64,000 nt of DNA from a virus: positions 1 to 64,000 of the IMG/VR virus record IMGVR_UViG_3300026078_000024; one strand, 5' to 3'. Shown here in pieces: positions 44,947 through 56,304 of this stretch. Both the position numbers and the translations under genes were made by a program. Position 1 is the first letter of the stretch, and every line of letters starts with the position of its first letter. Below the pieces are notes generated by a model that searched no databases, was not told where the DNA came from, and was given only the letters and a program-made list of their open reading frames with translations.

Positions 44947-46593
44947 TCAGACCTTCCTCATGTGGTGATCGAACTTCTCGGAGGCCGCCCCGATCGCGAT
45001 CAGGTCGGCCATGTCTCCCTTGGTTGGGTTCTCGGGGATCATGAACCCGTACTGCCGTGCCTTGCCGATCATCACCGGGTGCGCGGCCTCCTTCCGCCAC
45101 CGGGCCGACTTCTCGCCGGTGCGCGACTTGTACGCGGTCAGATCGTCCGCCTCCGTCTCCGCCCACGCCTGTGCGGTGCCGAGGGGGAGGGAACGGTGGA
45201 GGCGGCGCCATTTGCCGCGCGCCGGTGCGGCGCACACGTCCCACCGGCCGTTTCCGTCGGCCCAGAGGAACACGAACCCGTGGCCGACCGGGATGAACAA
45301 CACCCCGGCGTCCGTGCGCAGCCACGCCTTGGACGAGGACGCGAACATGTCCATGTCCCGGTGCTTCAACGCGAACGCCAGAGACCCGGCCTCGTAGATC
45401 GTGTCCTGTTCCGTCTCGTACCGGATCGCGGCCTGCGCGAGGCTCTCGCCGGAATGGACGGTGTCCACCTCGCCGGGGGCGAGATCGATCAACGTGGAGA
45501 GACGGCCGCCGGTCCCGGCGACGTCGAGAACCAACGCGTCCTGCTTGCCCGGCCACGGGCGCAGCACCCGGCCGACCATTTGCTGATAGAGGGCCGGGGA
45601 CTTGGTGGGGCGGGCGATGACCACGCAGTCGGCCCAGGGGGCGTCGAATCCCTCCGTGAGAACCATGCAGTTGACGATCACCCGGAGTTCACCGGTCTCG
45701 AACCTCTTGTAGATCAGCTGTCGCTCTTCCACCGGCGTCCCGCCGGTGACCACGACCGCACCCCGGCCGATCGCGCGCATCGTCGCGACCGCACTGAACA
45801 CGTCGGGACAGAAGACGATCGATCTCCGGTGCGGCGCGTACTTCCGCAGGGCCTCGGCCACGAGGGTCGGGGATCCCGCGTCCACCATGGCGGACCCGAG
45901 AGCACCGGCTTGATAATCCCCGGCTGTGGTCCGGATCCGGGAAAGATCGAGATCGTCCAGTTCGATCCGCTGCCCGCGCACGTCCACCAGGTAGTTCCGG
46001 GAGATCATCCACAGGACGGACTTGGAATAGACCACGTCCTCCCACACCGACCCGAGACCCGTTCCGTCGCCCCGGGAGAGGGTCGCGGTGAACCCGGCGT
46101 TCAACGTGTCGGGGAACGCGTCGTAGATCTTCCGGTACGACGGCGCGGCGGCATGATGGCACTCGTCGGTGACGATCAGGCCGATCTCGCCGTACATGTC
46201 CTGATCATGGATCAGGCGCTCCAGGCGGCTGCCCCGTGAGAGGGTCTGGACGGACGCGACCATGACCGTGGCCCCGGTGTCGTCCGACTCGGCCTTGATC
46301 AGACCGGTGTCGAGATCCGGCGCGACCATGGCGAGCTTGTCGAGGGTCTGGCGGGCGAGTTCGTCCCGGTGCACGAGGATCACCTGACGGCGCGGATCCC
46401 GTTCCGTCCCGGCGGCGTCGGCGTAGGTGCGCCATTGGTAGAAGTCACGGGCGAGGGCGGAGAAGACGATCGTCTTTCCGGCCCCGGTCGGCAAGACCTC
46501 CGCCGGTCGGCGCATCCCGTCACCCCAGGCGCGGAACAACGCCCGGACGGCTTCCTCCTGGTAGTCCCTCAAGGTGATCAAGCCGTGGCTCAC
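44947..46593 (-). CDS. SF2 DExH helicase
   Basis: LRDYQ, LPTGAGKT, DECHH, FTAT, LTEGFDAP, QMVGRVLR. Confidence 0.95.
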   Translation of the reverse strand: MSHGLITLRDYQEEAVRALFRAWGDGMRRPAEVLPTGAGKTIVFSALARDFYQWRTYADAAGTERDPRRQVILVHRDELARQTLDKLAMVAPDLDTGLIKAESDDTGATVMVASVQTLSRGSRLERLIHDQDMYGEIGLIVTDECHHAAAPSYRKIYDAFPDTLNAGFTATLSRGDGTGLGSVWEDVVYSKSVLWMISRNYLVDVRGQRIELDDLDLSRIRTTAGDYQAGALGSAMVDAGSPTLVAEALRKYAPHRRSIVFCPDVFSAVATMRAIGRGAVVVTGGTPVEERQLIYKRFETGELRVIVNCMVLTEGFDAPWADCVVIARPTKSPALYQQMVGRVLRPWPGKQDALVLDVAGTGGRLSTLIDLAPGEVDTVHSGESLAQAAIRYETEQDTIYEAGSLAFALKHRDMDMFASSSKAWLRTDAGVLFIPVGHGFVFLWADGNGRWDVCAAPARGKWRRLHRSLPLGTAQAWAETEADDLTAYKSRTGEKSARWRKEAAHPVMIGKARQYGFMIPENPTKGDMADLIAIGAASEKFDHHMRKV

Positions 46594-48563
46594 GTGATCG
46601 CCTCCTGGCGGTTGTGCATCTCGGCCATGCCGAGAAGGAGACGGTAGTCGGAAGCGCGGGCTTCGAGATCCCGGACCCGGCGACCGGCGGCCGACGCATG
46701 CGGAGATGTGGGGACCAACCCCCGCCAGTACGACCGCTGTTGCTCTGCCCTGAGTTCCAACTCGGCCACTTTCGACCGGAGTTCGGCCATGGTGAGAGTG
46801 GAGAGTCTCATTCCCGCCCCCTGACGATGTGGGTTTCACCCGTGTCGGCCACCGGCGTGCTCTCCTGCAACCGGCGCAACCTCGGGCCGGTCCGGGCGGA
46901 GATCTCGGCGCTGATCAGATCGAGGAGGGTTTCGACGTTGTCCCGGAAAGCCCTCAGCTCTCCGTCGAGGAACTGCTCGTGGATCCGTTCGGCCGCCGCT
47001 TCGGTGCGGCCTTCCAGGACGGCGTGGAGAATGGTGCCTTCAACCGAGTTGATCATTCTTTGTCCTTCCGGTGCATGAAGGCCATGTGGCCGTTCCCGCA
47101 CGTGACGATCCATGTCTTGCTCCCGGCGCCCTCGGTCACCTCAAGATCGATGGACGTGCAGTCCTTCGCCGGACACTCAACGACGATCGGTGCGCCGGTG
47201 GAGTCGACCGGCAGGGGCGCGGTCTTGGATTCGGTCACCCGGAATCCCTGGGGGAGTTCGTAACCACGGTCCTCATTCATTCGTCCTGGGCCTCCAGTCC
47301 GTGTTGCTGTCCTTGCAGAACATGCACCGGGCCTCCCGCTCGGGGTGACCGCAGTAGGCGCAGCGCTTGTCGGGGTTCTCGGAATGCTCGGCGCCCCGCA
47401 GGTCGGCGAGACGGAGAGCGACCGCTTCACCGGACGACCGGGCGTAATGCCCGGAGCGCTGCCAGCCGCAGGTGCAGACGACCGCCCACCACCCGCCCCC
47501 GTCCGCGTCCGGGTGCGTGTCGGCCGTGGTGTGGTGGAAGATCTCCGGGTCCTCCTGATCGAGGGCGGCCCTGACCCGGGCGGCCTCCTGCGCCTCCTTC
47601 AGGTCGGCGTCCCGTTCCAGGGCCTCCCAGCATTTCGGGCAGTCGAACGCCTCCCCCAGCTGCCGGGTGCGGGTACCGATGCACACATGGTCTTTTACGG
47701 TCATGACGTCCTCCTCCGCCCCGTGGGGCGCGTCAGGAGCTGGGATGCGATGACCATGATCACGCCGAGTGATCCGAACAGGATCATGATCCACATCTGG
47801 AACGGGGTGACGGTGAGAGAACCGGACCGGCGGTGCCTGCCCCTCATGCGTCCTCCTCCGGGTGGTTCTTCACCCAGTCGCGGATGACGGATTCGAGGGC
47901 GAGGAGCTTCTCGTTCCCGAGGTTGATCGCGAGGTTGTTCTCGGGGGTGCCGGTGCCGGTCCTCTGGGCGGTCCGCCACTGGACCCGGAACTCCTCGCTC
48001 AACCCGGCGAGCTGGTCCTTGAGGCGCATCAGCTCGCGGATCCGCAGATGATCGGTTACCAAGATTTGAGACATCTTGAGATGCAGGGCTGCATGTTCGT
48101 CCCGGAGTGCCTCGTCGTAGTGGTGCGCGTGCATCGAACTGCCGTGGCTGCTCCCGCACTTGGCGCACACCGGGACGGAGAACGAGGAGATCAGATTGGT
48201 CTTGACCGTCCCGCATTCGCACGTCCACCTCACGCACAACGGGCACGGCGGGACGTACCACCGGCCTTTACGACTGGGCACGGTGCGGTCCCCTCCGGAC
48301 CGGACGGTGACCGAGGTCGGCGGCATCCGTGGGGGACGGGACGCATCGGGGGCACCGGCGGTGTTCCGTCGGCGCGGCGGTGAGGTACGGGCGGAACGTC
48401 CACGCCCCGCACGTGTCGCACCGTGGGCCTCTCGCGGTGATCGCCGCAAGAGTGGCTTGCCAGTTCATGTTGATCCCTTCTCCGGGCCGTTGTTTCGCAT
48501 GTACCAAGAATACGTCCCAGTGACTGATCACCACAAACGCATGCGGGGGGTCATAATGGATGC

Positions 48564-48785
48564 ATGACCCTTACGCGCGCCCGGACGGGCACCCCAGACG
48601 TTCTCATCTCACGGCGGGACGCGGCCGACCGGCTCGGATGCCATATCCGGTCGATCGACTACTACCTCAACACCCGGAAGCTGACACGGTACAAGGACGG
48701 ACGCGGCCGGGTGGGGATCGACCCGGAAGAGCTGGACCGCCTCACTTCCTTCACTCCGGCGGTAATCTCTCCGAACCCCCGCTGA
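48564..48785 (+). CDS. Excisionase-like HTH DNA-binding protein (probably leaderless)
   Basis: ISRRDAADRLGCHIRSIDYY...KL...RVGI..EELD; CATAAT 6 nt before the ATG. Confidence 0.75.
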   Translation: MTLTRARTGTPDVLISRRDAADRLGCHIRSIDYYLNTRKLTRYKDGRGRVGIDPEELDRLTSFTPAVISPNPR

Positions 48786-48815
48786 CCGCCCCGCACCCGG
48801 AAAGGCAAGATCACC

Positions 48816-49052
48816 ATGGACTTTCTGACGTGGTGCCGGTCGAGCGACCGGTGGCGTTCGCATGCATGGGCCAATGATCGTCGTGTCCGGCTGCCCGCAG
48901 ACACCCCCGAGACCCGGGAGGCGTACGAGGAGACCTTCGTCTCCGCCGGGTACGGCGGATACCTGCACCGGCTCGCGGAGGAGACGGTGCACACCGGGTC
49001 GTCCGCATGGGCGGAGTACGTCACGGCCATGGGTGCGGAGGGCGGCTCATGA
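48816..49052 (+). CDS. Hypothetical protein
   Basis: RBS GAAAGG; ATGA overlap with the primase-polymerase gene. Confidence 0.55.
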   Translation: MDFLTWCRSSDRWRSHAWANDRRVRLPADTPETREAYEETFVSAGYGGYLHRLAEETVHTGSSAWAEYVTAMGAEGGS

Positions 49053-52000
49053 CCACGGATGCGGAGATCGCTCAGCAGAACGGTCATGTGGAGGGGGCTC
49101 AGGAGAGGGTCCTCGACGCCCTCGGGCACCCGTTCTCCCCCGAGTCGCTGCGAGTGCTGGCGGAGTCGGCGATCACACCGGAGACGGCGGCACGGTACGG
49201 GATCACCGCCGTGGCGGATCCCGATCACATCCCTGACGAGATCTTCGGATCGTGGCACGCGTTCCTCGGCGAGGCCGAGACCGGCATGATCTTCACCTGG
49301 CGGGACACCGACCGGGAGATCCCTCAGTACCGTCCGGACGTGGCGGTGCAGACGCCGGACGAGAAGATCCACAAATACCTCGTCCCGCGCGACTCCGGCA
49401 CCTTCCTCAACCATCTGCGGAACCCCGTCGGCCCGGACGACCCGGTGTTGTTCGTGGAGGGGTCGAAGCAAGGCGTGGCTGCGGCAGCGTGGGCCCCGGA
49501 GGGGTGGGGGGTTGTGGCGGTACCCGGGTGCAACAACTGGGTCGGCACAGACCTCTCATGGGCCGACGGCCGCAAGGTGATCATTCTCTTCGATGCGGAC
49601 TTCACGTCGAACCGTGACGTGTACGACGCGGCAGCCGGGCTGAAGGAGGCGCTGGAGGTCGAGGGCGCGGCGGAGGTGCGGTTCGCGCATCTCGCCGGGG
49701 CACGCAACAAGGACGGTCTCGACGACGTTCTCGGACGGCGGCCGGAGAACCGGCGGACCCTGTACATCGAACGGATCGCCGACATGGCGGCCGACCGTCT
49801 CGGACGGCGGCCCACCCGTTCCGTGCGCGCATCCGCGTATTTCGACGAGAAGGGCCTGTTGGCCCGGACGTCCGCCCTCACCGTTCTCGGCAATCAACCG
49901 GCGGCCCTCGCGGACGGATCCATGATCGCTCTGTACCGGGACGGCGTGTACCGGATCGATCTCGGGGACGAACCGCTGATCGAACAGGTCAAGGATCTCC
50001 TGGGTGAGGACTACCGGCCCGCGCACCGGAAGACGATCGAGGAATATCTCGTCGGCGAGCTGTCCGGTCGAAACCTCCGGGTCGGGCAGAGGTCCACGGA
50101 ACCGCTCCTGAACACCGCGTCGTGCATGATCGACCTCCGCACCGGCGAGGTACTGGATCATGATCCGAAATACCTGAGCACGTTGCAGATCCCGGTCCCG
50201 TGGGTGCCGGACGCGGCGTGTCCGACGTACGAGGCGTGGCTTGAGGACGTGATCCCCGGCCAGGCCGAGGCACTGGAGGAACTCGCGTCCACGATGCTCG
50301 ACCCGTCCCGGACGCCCTTCAAGGCGGCGTTCCTCTACGGGCCGACGCACTCCGGCAAGTCGACGTTCCTGCGGATCATGGAAGCGGTCGCGGGTGCGGC
50401 GAACCGGTCGGCCGTCGATCTCCACCAGCTCGTCGATGATCATTTCATGTCTGCCGAGCTGTATCAGAAGATCTTGAACATCGGGTCCGACATGTCAGCC
50501 GCCCACATCTCCGACGTCTCCCTGTTCAAGAAACTCACCGGCGAGGACCCGGTGCAGGCGAACCGGAAATACGGCCGGACGTTCACCTTCACGAACCGCG
50601 CCCTGTTCGCCTTCTCCGCAAACGAGATCCCCACCGTCGGCGAGACCTCCCGGGCGTACGTGCAACGCATGATGCCATTCCACTTCTTCAACTCGTTCGC
50701 CGGTAACGAACGGCCGGAAATTGAAGAGCGGATGCTCCGCGAGGAACTCCCGGGGATTCTCCGCCGCTGGGTCTCGGCGTGGCGCCGGTTCTCCGAACGC
50801 GGGATCTACCTACCGGTTCCGGAGGACGTGCAGACGGAGTTCGAGACGTCGAGCGACCGAGTCGCCCGGTGGGTGCAGCTCCGGTGCGACGTGCACCCCG
50901 AGGCAATCGGGCAGATGGTCGGCGCGGACAAGGGAGAGACGATCTCCGCTCTCTACTCCTCATTCAAGATCTGGGCGAGGGAGGACGGACCGGCAAACGT
51001 CATGTCACGGCAGAAGTTCTCGGAGCGTCTCCGGCGCATGGATGGGGTCGGGGAGGTACGTCTCGCGCACCGGAACAAGAACCGGGGTCTGAACATCACC
51101 ACGCGGACCGGAGAGGACCGGGAGATCGTTCATGTCCGTTCTGCCCCAGTGACTGACGGAGATGACCGGAATGCCCCGGTGACTGACGCGGATGACCCGA
51201 AGGCTTCCGGTACTGACGGAGATGACCGGAATGCCCCGGTGACTGACGCGGACGCACCAAATGAACCGGTGTCTACCAAGAACGTACGGAATGACAGCAA
51301 TGTCGGTGTCCGTTCTGCCCCAGTCTCTACCGGAAACGTGACGGTTCGTCCCGGTGTGGGTGTGGGTGGTGTTGGTCGAACCCCGGTAAAGGGCATAGCA
51401 GTGGTTCAGAACAAGATCAACGATCTTTCCTCTGAAACTCCCTCATGGACCGAATTCTCTGATAAGACCCACACCGCCAACACCGCCCAGGTCAGAGATG
51501 GTTCTTATACTCACACCGAAGTCACACCCCCCAGGTCAGGGGCCACACCAAGACCCACACCGGGGCAAACCGGTACATCTCCGATAGACACTGGGGCAAA
51601 ACCGGACACCCCCGCTCCCGCGCCCCCCGACAAGACAGGACCGGCCGTGACTTCGAAAACACCCACACTTCCCACACCCCCCAGGTCAGAGCACTGCCCC
51701 GACCCGTTCGCCGACCACACCCCGCCTCCGTCCGCCGTGCCGGTGGGTCTCGACCTGGAGGCATGGGACGCGGAAGATCTCTTCCGTCACGACACCCCGG
51801 TCCTCGGTCCGTACGTCCGTCTCGTGGGTGCCGGTCCGGTCGGAGACGTGGCCACCGGTCGCGCGGAGGTTCTCGAACGCATCCGGGGAGACAACCCGAT
51901 CGTGGGCGTGAACCTCGCCCTGTTCGATCTCCCCGCCCTTGACGTGCACGAGGGGATCCCGGTGGAGGAGACGATCCCCCGGGCGCATGACATCCGGTTC

Positions 52001-53464
52001 GTGGCATTCCAGGACGACCCGCCGACGAGTTACGAGACGAAAGCCGGGCCGCATTACAAGCACTACAACCTGGAATCGCTCGCCAATCGGTATCTCGACG
52101 ACCACAAGTCGGATCTCGGAAAGGCACTCGCCAAAGAATACGGCGGGTGGGGACATATCGCGTACGAGGACGCGCGGTATCACGACTACTGCCGGGACGA
52201 CGTAAACAAGGCTCTCCGTCTCGCGGACGTCCTCCCCATGACCGACTACGACCGGCGGGAAATGCGCGTGGCCGCGATCCTGGCGCGCGCGTCCATCGAG
52301 GGGTTCCGGGTGGACGTCCCGGCCCTCGAACGGCGGATCACGGAGCAGGCGGAGCAGACGGCCGCCGGTCGGCAGATGCTCCACGACCGGTTCGGGTTCC
52401 CCACCCACACCGCCGACGGGAAGAACGTTTCGAAGGCCCCGCAACGGACGGTGGCGGGGAAGAGGGCGTTCGAGGAGGCGCTGAAGTCGTTCGGTGTGGA
52501 TCTAGGTGACTGGCCCCGTGGCAAGGACGGGTCCCTCTCCCTCGGCAAAGAGATCATGGCCGAGGCGATCGTGTGGGCGGAGACGGAGAACCATCCCGCC
52601 CTGGCGATCATGAAGGCGGTCGCCGAGATGAACGGCCTCCGCTCGAACGCGGCCAACATCATGCGGTGCGTGGTGGGGGACCGGGTCCACCCGAGGTTCG
52701 AACCGTTCCAAGCGTTCGGCCGGTGGTCGGTCACCGAGCCGGGCCTGACGGTGCTCAAGAAGAGCTACGAGGACTCCGACCGGATCTTCATGCTGCCCGA
52801 CCCGGGCGAGGCTCTCGTGTCGTTCGACGCGGACCAAGTGGACATCCGGTGCGTGGCGTTCCACTCCCAGGACCCAGGTCTCCTCGCGATCATGCAGGAC
52901 CCGGACCGGGACATCCACTCCGAGATCTCCGATCTCGCGTTCGGCGATCATGAACCCGATCACCGGTTCCACGCCAAGTCGTGCGACCTGGGATGGCTGT
53001 ACGGCCGCACCGTCAACGGTCTGGCCAACACCCCGGGGATCACCCGCGAGGCGGCCGAACGGGTGGACATGACGATGCGGACGCAGTTCAACTCCGTGCC
53101 GGACTGGCAGCATGACGTGCGGCGGGCGGCAGAGGGCCGCGCGTTGCTCGACAACGGGTTCGGGAGGCACTTCCGGTGCGACGAGGGCAGGGAGTACACC
53201 CAGGCACCGGCGGGACACGGTCAGTCGATGACACGGGACGTGGTGGCCGAAGGACTCCTGCGCATGAAGGACCGGCACCCCGAACTGATCCCCCGTCTCC
53301 GCGTCGTCGTCCATGACGAGATCGTGATGTCCATCCCCAGGGCTGATCTTGAGGACGTGAAGCGGGCGGTGATCGAGGATATGACGATCGAACGGGGCGG
53401 CGTGCCGTTCACGTGGGGATCTTCCCCCGCCGGAGACAACTGGGCCGAGTGCTACAAGAAGTGA
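49049..53464 (+). CDS. Fusion of TOPRIM-type primase, D5/SF3 helicase and family A DNA polymerase
   Basis: FVEG..K / FDAD / GLDD (TOPRIM); GPTHSGKS, FSAN (SF3); DLE..., YCRDDV (3'-5' exonuclease); DADQVDIR, RFHAKSCDLGWLYG, VHDEIV (PolA motifs A, B, C). Confidence 0.92.
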   Translation: MTTDAEIAQQNGHVEGAQERVLDALGHPFSPESLRVLAESAITPETAARYGITAVADPDHIPDEIFGSWHAFLGEAETGMIFTWRDTDREIPQYRPDVAVQTPDEKIHKYLVPRDSGTFLNHLRNPVGPDDPVLFVEGSKQGVAAAAWAPEGWGVVAVPGCNNWVGTDLSWADGRKVIILFDADFTSNRDVYDAAAGLKEALEVEGAAEVRFAHLAGARNKDGLDDVLGRRPENRRTLYIERIADMAADRLGRRPTRSVRASAYFDEKGLLARTSALTVLGNQPAALADGSMIALYRDGVYRIDLGDEPLIEQVKDLLGEDYRPAHRKTIEEYLVGELSGRNLRVGQRSTEPLLNTASCMIDLRTGEVLDHDPKYLSTLQIPVPWVPDAACPTYEAWLEDVIPGQAEALEELASTMLDPSRTPFKAAFLYGPTHSGKSTFLRIMEAVAGAANRSAVDLHQLVDDHFMSAELYQKILNIGSDMSAAHISDVSLFKKLTGEDPVQANRKYGRTFTFTNRALFAFSANEIPTVGETSRAYVQRMMPFHFFNSFAGNERPEIEERMLREELPGILRRWVSAWRRFSERGIYLPVPEDVQTEFETSSDRVARWVQLRCDVHPEAIGQMVGADKGETISALYSSFKIWAREDGPANVMSRQKFSERLRRMDGVGEVRLAHRNKNRGLNITTRTGEDREIVHVRSAPVTDGDDRNAPVTDADDPKASGTDGDDRNAPVTDADAPNEPVSTKNVRNDSNVGVRSAPVSTGNVTVRPGVGVGGVGRTPVKGIAVVQNKINDLSSETPSWTEFSDKTHTANTAQVRDGSYTHTEVTPPRSGATPRPTPGQTGTSPIDTGAKPDTPAPAPPDKTGPAVTSKTPTLPTPPRSEHCPDPFADHTPPPSAVPVGLDLEAWDAEDLFRHDTPVLGPYVRLVGAGPVGDVATGRAEVLERIRGDNPIVGVNLALFDLPALDVHEGIPVEETIPRAHDIRFVAFQDDPPTSYETKAGPHYKHYNLESLANRYLDDHKSDLGKALAKEYGGWGHIAYEDARYHDYCRDDVNKALRLADVLPMTDYDRREMRVAAILARASIEGFRVDVPALERRITEQAEQTAAGRQMLHDRFGFPTHTADGKNVSKAPQRTVAGKRAFEEALKSFGVDLGDWPRGKDGSLSLGKEIMAEAIVWAETENHPALAIMKAVAEMNGLRSNAANIMRCVVGDRVHPRFEPFQAFGRWSVTEPGLTVLKKSYEDSDRIFMLPDPGEALVSFDADQVDIRCVAFHSQDPGLLAIMQDPDRDIHSEISDLAFGDHEPDHRFHAKSCDLGWLYGRTVNGLANTPGITREAAERVDMTMRTQFNSVPDWQHDVRRAAEGRALLDNGFGRHFRCDEGREYTQAPAGHGQSMTRDVVAEGLLRMKDRHPELIPRLRVVVHDEIVMSIPRADLEDVKRAVIEDMTIERGGVPFTWGSSPAGDNWAECYKK
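51133..51690. repeat. Iteron-like repeats in the helicase-polymerase linker (candidate origin)
   Basis: 41-bp repeat at 51152 and 51212; ACTGACG every 30 bp (4x); TGTCCGTTCTGCCCCAGT at 51133 and 51307; CACACCCCCCAGGTCAG at 51523 and 51673. Confidence 0.7.
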
Positions 53465-53520
53465 TCATGCGCCGACCGGTCGTATGATGGTGATGGACGA
53501 GAGATAGGACACAAGGGATC

Positions 53521-53964
53521 ATGACGCACAGCATGGACGGGTACGACGACCCCCACGGGCGTGAGTTGGATCTTGCACCCCGTTGGGACGCGGCCCCCGG
53601 TGGGTGGGGGATCGTTCAGGTGAGGATCGCGGGTGCATCGGCCCGCCGGACCTACGCGTACGAGACGGACGAACCGCTGATGATCGGTGACTGGGTGACC
53701 ATCCCCGGCAACGTGGTCAACGAGTTCGGAGGGTTCGGGGTGGTCAAGAGCTATGGCCGCGACGGGTACACCGGTCCCCTGAAGAAGATCATGGCGAAGA
53801 TCCCCGAACCGCCGGAGCTGATGATCCGCATGTCCGTGGTCAAGAGCAAGGACCGGGCGGCGGAGATCTACGATCAGGCGGTGCGCGATGGGTGGCGCGG
53901 TGACCGGCTCACCGCGCTGGCGGTCCTCGGTGAGTCGCGTCTGCGGTCGCGGGGTGTGCGATGA
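53521..53964 (+). CDS. Hypothetical protein
   Basis: Own promoter motif GTCGTATGAT at 53479; GATCATG start. Confidence 0.7.
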   Translation: MTHSMDGYDDPHGRELDLAPRWDAAPGGWGIVQVRIAGASARRTYAYETDEPLMIGDWVTIPGNVVNEFGGFGVVKSYGRDGYTGPLKKIMAKIPEPPELMIRMSVVKSKDRAAEIYDQAVRDGWRGDRLTALAVLGESRLRSRGVR

Positions 53965-54878
53965 TCCTTCTCTGGTTCAAGATCATCTCGTACAAGATCT
54001 ACAAGATGATCACCAAGGAACCCTCGAACCGTGCCGACACAGGGGCAGAGATCGATGTTCCGCGCGCACACGTGAGCTGTGATCATTGCCTGCACGAGGC
54101 GCACGACCGGTCGTGTGCGGAGTGCGGGTGCACGGCGCGACCGGACCTCCCGGACGGGGATGCAGGCGTGCATGTCGGCCTCGACCCGTCCGCTCCCGGC
54201 GGTATCGCTCCGGTGTTCGCCCGGGACGCCCTCCGTCTGGCGGCTCTCGACGAGGACCGCCGGGCGCGGGAGGAGGCCGCCGGTCTCGACCCGTCACGGT
54301 GCCCGTGCGGCGGCCGTCACTTCCCCTCCGCCGACGCGTGCCGGTGGTGCCTGTGCCACGACCCGAGCCGGGTGAACCACCTGAGCCAGGAAGCGGTGGA
54401 CCGTCTCCGGTACGACATGAGCGTCCCCCCGTTCCCGACCCACCCCGTGGCAGAGATCATCCGGAACAGCTACCGTCCGTGCTCGGTGTGCGGCGCGCCG
54501 GACCATGCCGGGGTGACCCACCCCGGGACCGTGGACGGGATCATGGACACCGGGCGCGAGCGGTTCCCCGGACTGGAGACGATCACCCCGGAGGACGTCC
54601 ACGCCGAGATCATGGACAGCTCGCCCGCTAAAGAGATCGTTGTGTGTGGCAGGTGTGGTCACCCCGACCACGGGGCCGGAGACGGCCGCTGCGCCTTCCA
54701 GGTGGCAAGCCGGATGCAGGACGAGGGGTTCCACATGTGCCCCTGCACCGTTCCCCGACATGACCCGCACAAGTGCGAGCATCAGGTGAGTGAGCATGTG
54801 GACAGCGGCTGCATGGTGACCGGCTGCCGGTGCGAGTCCTCGTACGGCACGGCTTGCGGCCGGGAGGGGAACTCATGA
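53961..54878 (+). CDS. Cys/His-rich multi-zinc-finger-like protein
   Basis: Repeated CxxCxH..H...CxC units. Confidence 0.6.
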   Translation: MILLWFKIISYKIYKMITKEPSNRADTGAEIDVPRAHVSCDHCLHEAHDRSCAECGCTARPDLPDGDAGVHVGLDPSAPGGIAPVFARDALRLAALDEDRRAREEAAGLDPSRCPCGGRHFPSADACRWCLCHDPSRVNHLSQEAVDRLRYDMSVPPFPTHPVAEIIRNSYRPCSVCGAPDHAGVTHPGTVDGIMDTGRERFPGLETITPEDVHAEIMDSSPAKEIVVCGRCGHPDHGAGDGRCAFQVASRMQDEGFHMCPCTVPRHDPHKCEHQVSEHVDSGCMVTGCRCESSYGTACGREGNS

Positions 54879-55273
54879 TCTTCCTTGAGGTTCTCGCGGC
54901 TGCGTGCTGGATCTTCTACACCTTCTGGAAGTTGATGAAGGTGGTCCTCGACCCGCGTCTCGACTGGTCCGTCTCGCCCCTCGCCCTCATGTTCCTCACC
55001 GTCCTCGACGTGCGCAGGAAGCTGGCGTGATGTGGTGGTGGGTGGTCGGCATGCCGGTCCTGTGGTTCCGCCGGTTGCTGTGCCGCGCCGGTCTCCACGA
55101 CGACATGACCGACGAGTTCGGCGGCTACTCCCCGGTGTGTTTCCGGTGTCACGAGAGGATCTGACCATGAAGGTGTGCTGCCCCAACTGCCACAGCGAGG
55201 ACGTGAAGGCATCCCCGTCCGGCACGATCTTCCGGTGTCTCGCGTGCCTCTACTCGTGGGTGGTGGCACCGGC

Positions 55274-55741
55274 ATGAGGGCGCGCCGTGCCGAGCACCCG
55301 GGGATCACGTTCCGGTCCAAGCTCGAAGCCCAGTGGTCGGCGATCTTCGATGAGATGGGGTGGACATGGGAGTACGAGCCCGTCCGGTTCGATCTTCCGT
55401 CCGGGATCTACATTCCCGACTTCAAGATCCGCCCACGGGCCGGTGATCCGTTCTGGGTGGAGATCAAAGGACCATGGCCGAACGCCCGTGAGTTCGAGGT
55501 GGCGACGGAAGTCAACATCTACGCACAGACTCCGTTGATCATTCTGTCCGGAGACGTGCCACGGCAGATCAACGGCGGCACGGCGTGGTGGTTCGACCCG
55601 GCAACCGACCGGTGGTCCATGCTGCGCTCCGAGGAGGGCCTGATCCGGGTGTTGTGGCCGGACGCGGCCGACCGGCCGGAACGTCTCGCCGGGTGGGATG
55701 ACGTCCTGGAGAACGGACGCCGGGCGGAGATCATCACATGA
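55274..55741 (+). CDS. PD-(D/E)xK nuclease-like protein
   Basis: FRSKLEAQW..IFD...WEYEP...YIPDF...WVEIKG. Confidence 0.8.
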   Translation: MRARRAEHPGITFRSKLEAQWSAIFDEMGWTWEYEPVRFDLPSGIYIPDFKIRPRAGDPFWVEIKGPWPNAREFEVATEVNIYAQTPLIILSGDVPRQINGGTAWWFDPATDRWSMLRSEEGLIRVLWPDAADRPERLAGWDDVLENGRRAEIIT

Positions 55742-56304
55742 GGCGACGTGGTCGCCGGACCTACTCAACGAGGAGCCCTGATGGATCATGTGCTACATCC
55801 CGCGCTGGTACGAGACGGTTCGCGAGGCGAATGAGATCATGCTCCGGCAGTGGCGCCGGGGCGACTGGCGGTTCGGTCATGTGGAGTGGTGTGCGCAGCA
55901 CCACGCCTACCACCTCATGAAGGGCGTGGTCCGTGTTTGAGGAACTGAAGATCAGGATCAGACAACGGGGGATCGATGTGTTCGGCACGGTGCACGTCGT
56001 GCAGCTCGAAATGCCGATGATCGATTACGACACGGACGGTGTGCCGGAGAACGTGGAGGCGTTGATCCGGAAGATCTTCGAAGAGAAGTTCCCCGGCGCG
56101 GTGCAGGACCCGTTCACCGAGGTGGACCGGGATACCCTCCGGCCATGAACAATCCTTCGGATGTTCTTCCGAACAAAGAACTGAAGGCACTGGCGGCACA
56201 TCACCGCCGGTGCCTTCTCTGCCGCTATCTGTTCGGGTGCCGTGTCTCCGACCGTCTCCTCACCGCATATCATCACTCCGTTCACATCCCCATGGAGGCG
56301 CCCG

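Noticed and set aside
46590-48470. Functional calls for the small minus-strand ORFs here and at 37589-38670 and 54875-56300
   Set aside because: Probably real small phage genes, many with CxxC motifs, but starts and products cannot be supported from motifs alone
51100-51740. Intein in the primase-polymerase
   Set aside because: No C/S...HN-C/S/T splice motifs or LAGLIDADG blocks; it is a low-complexity linker between domains
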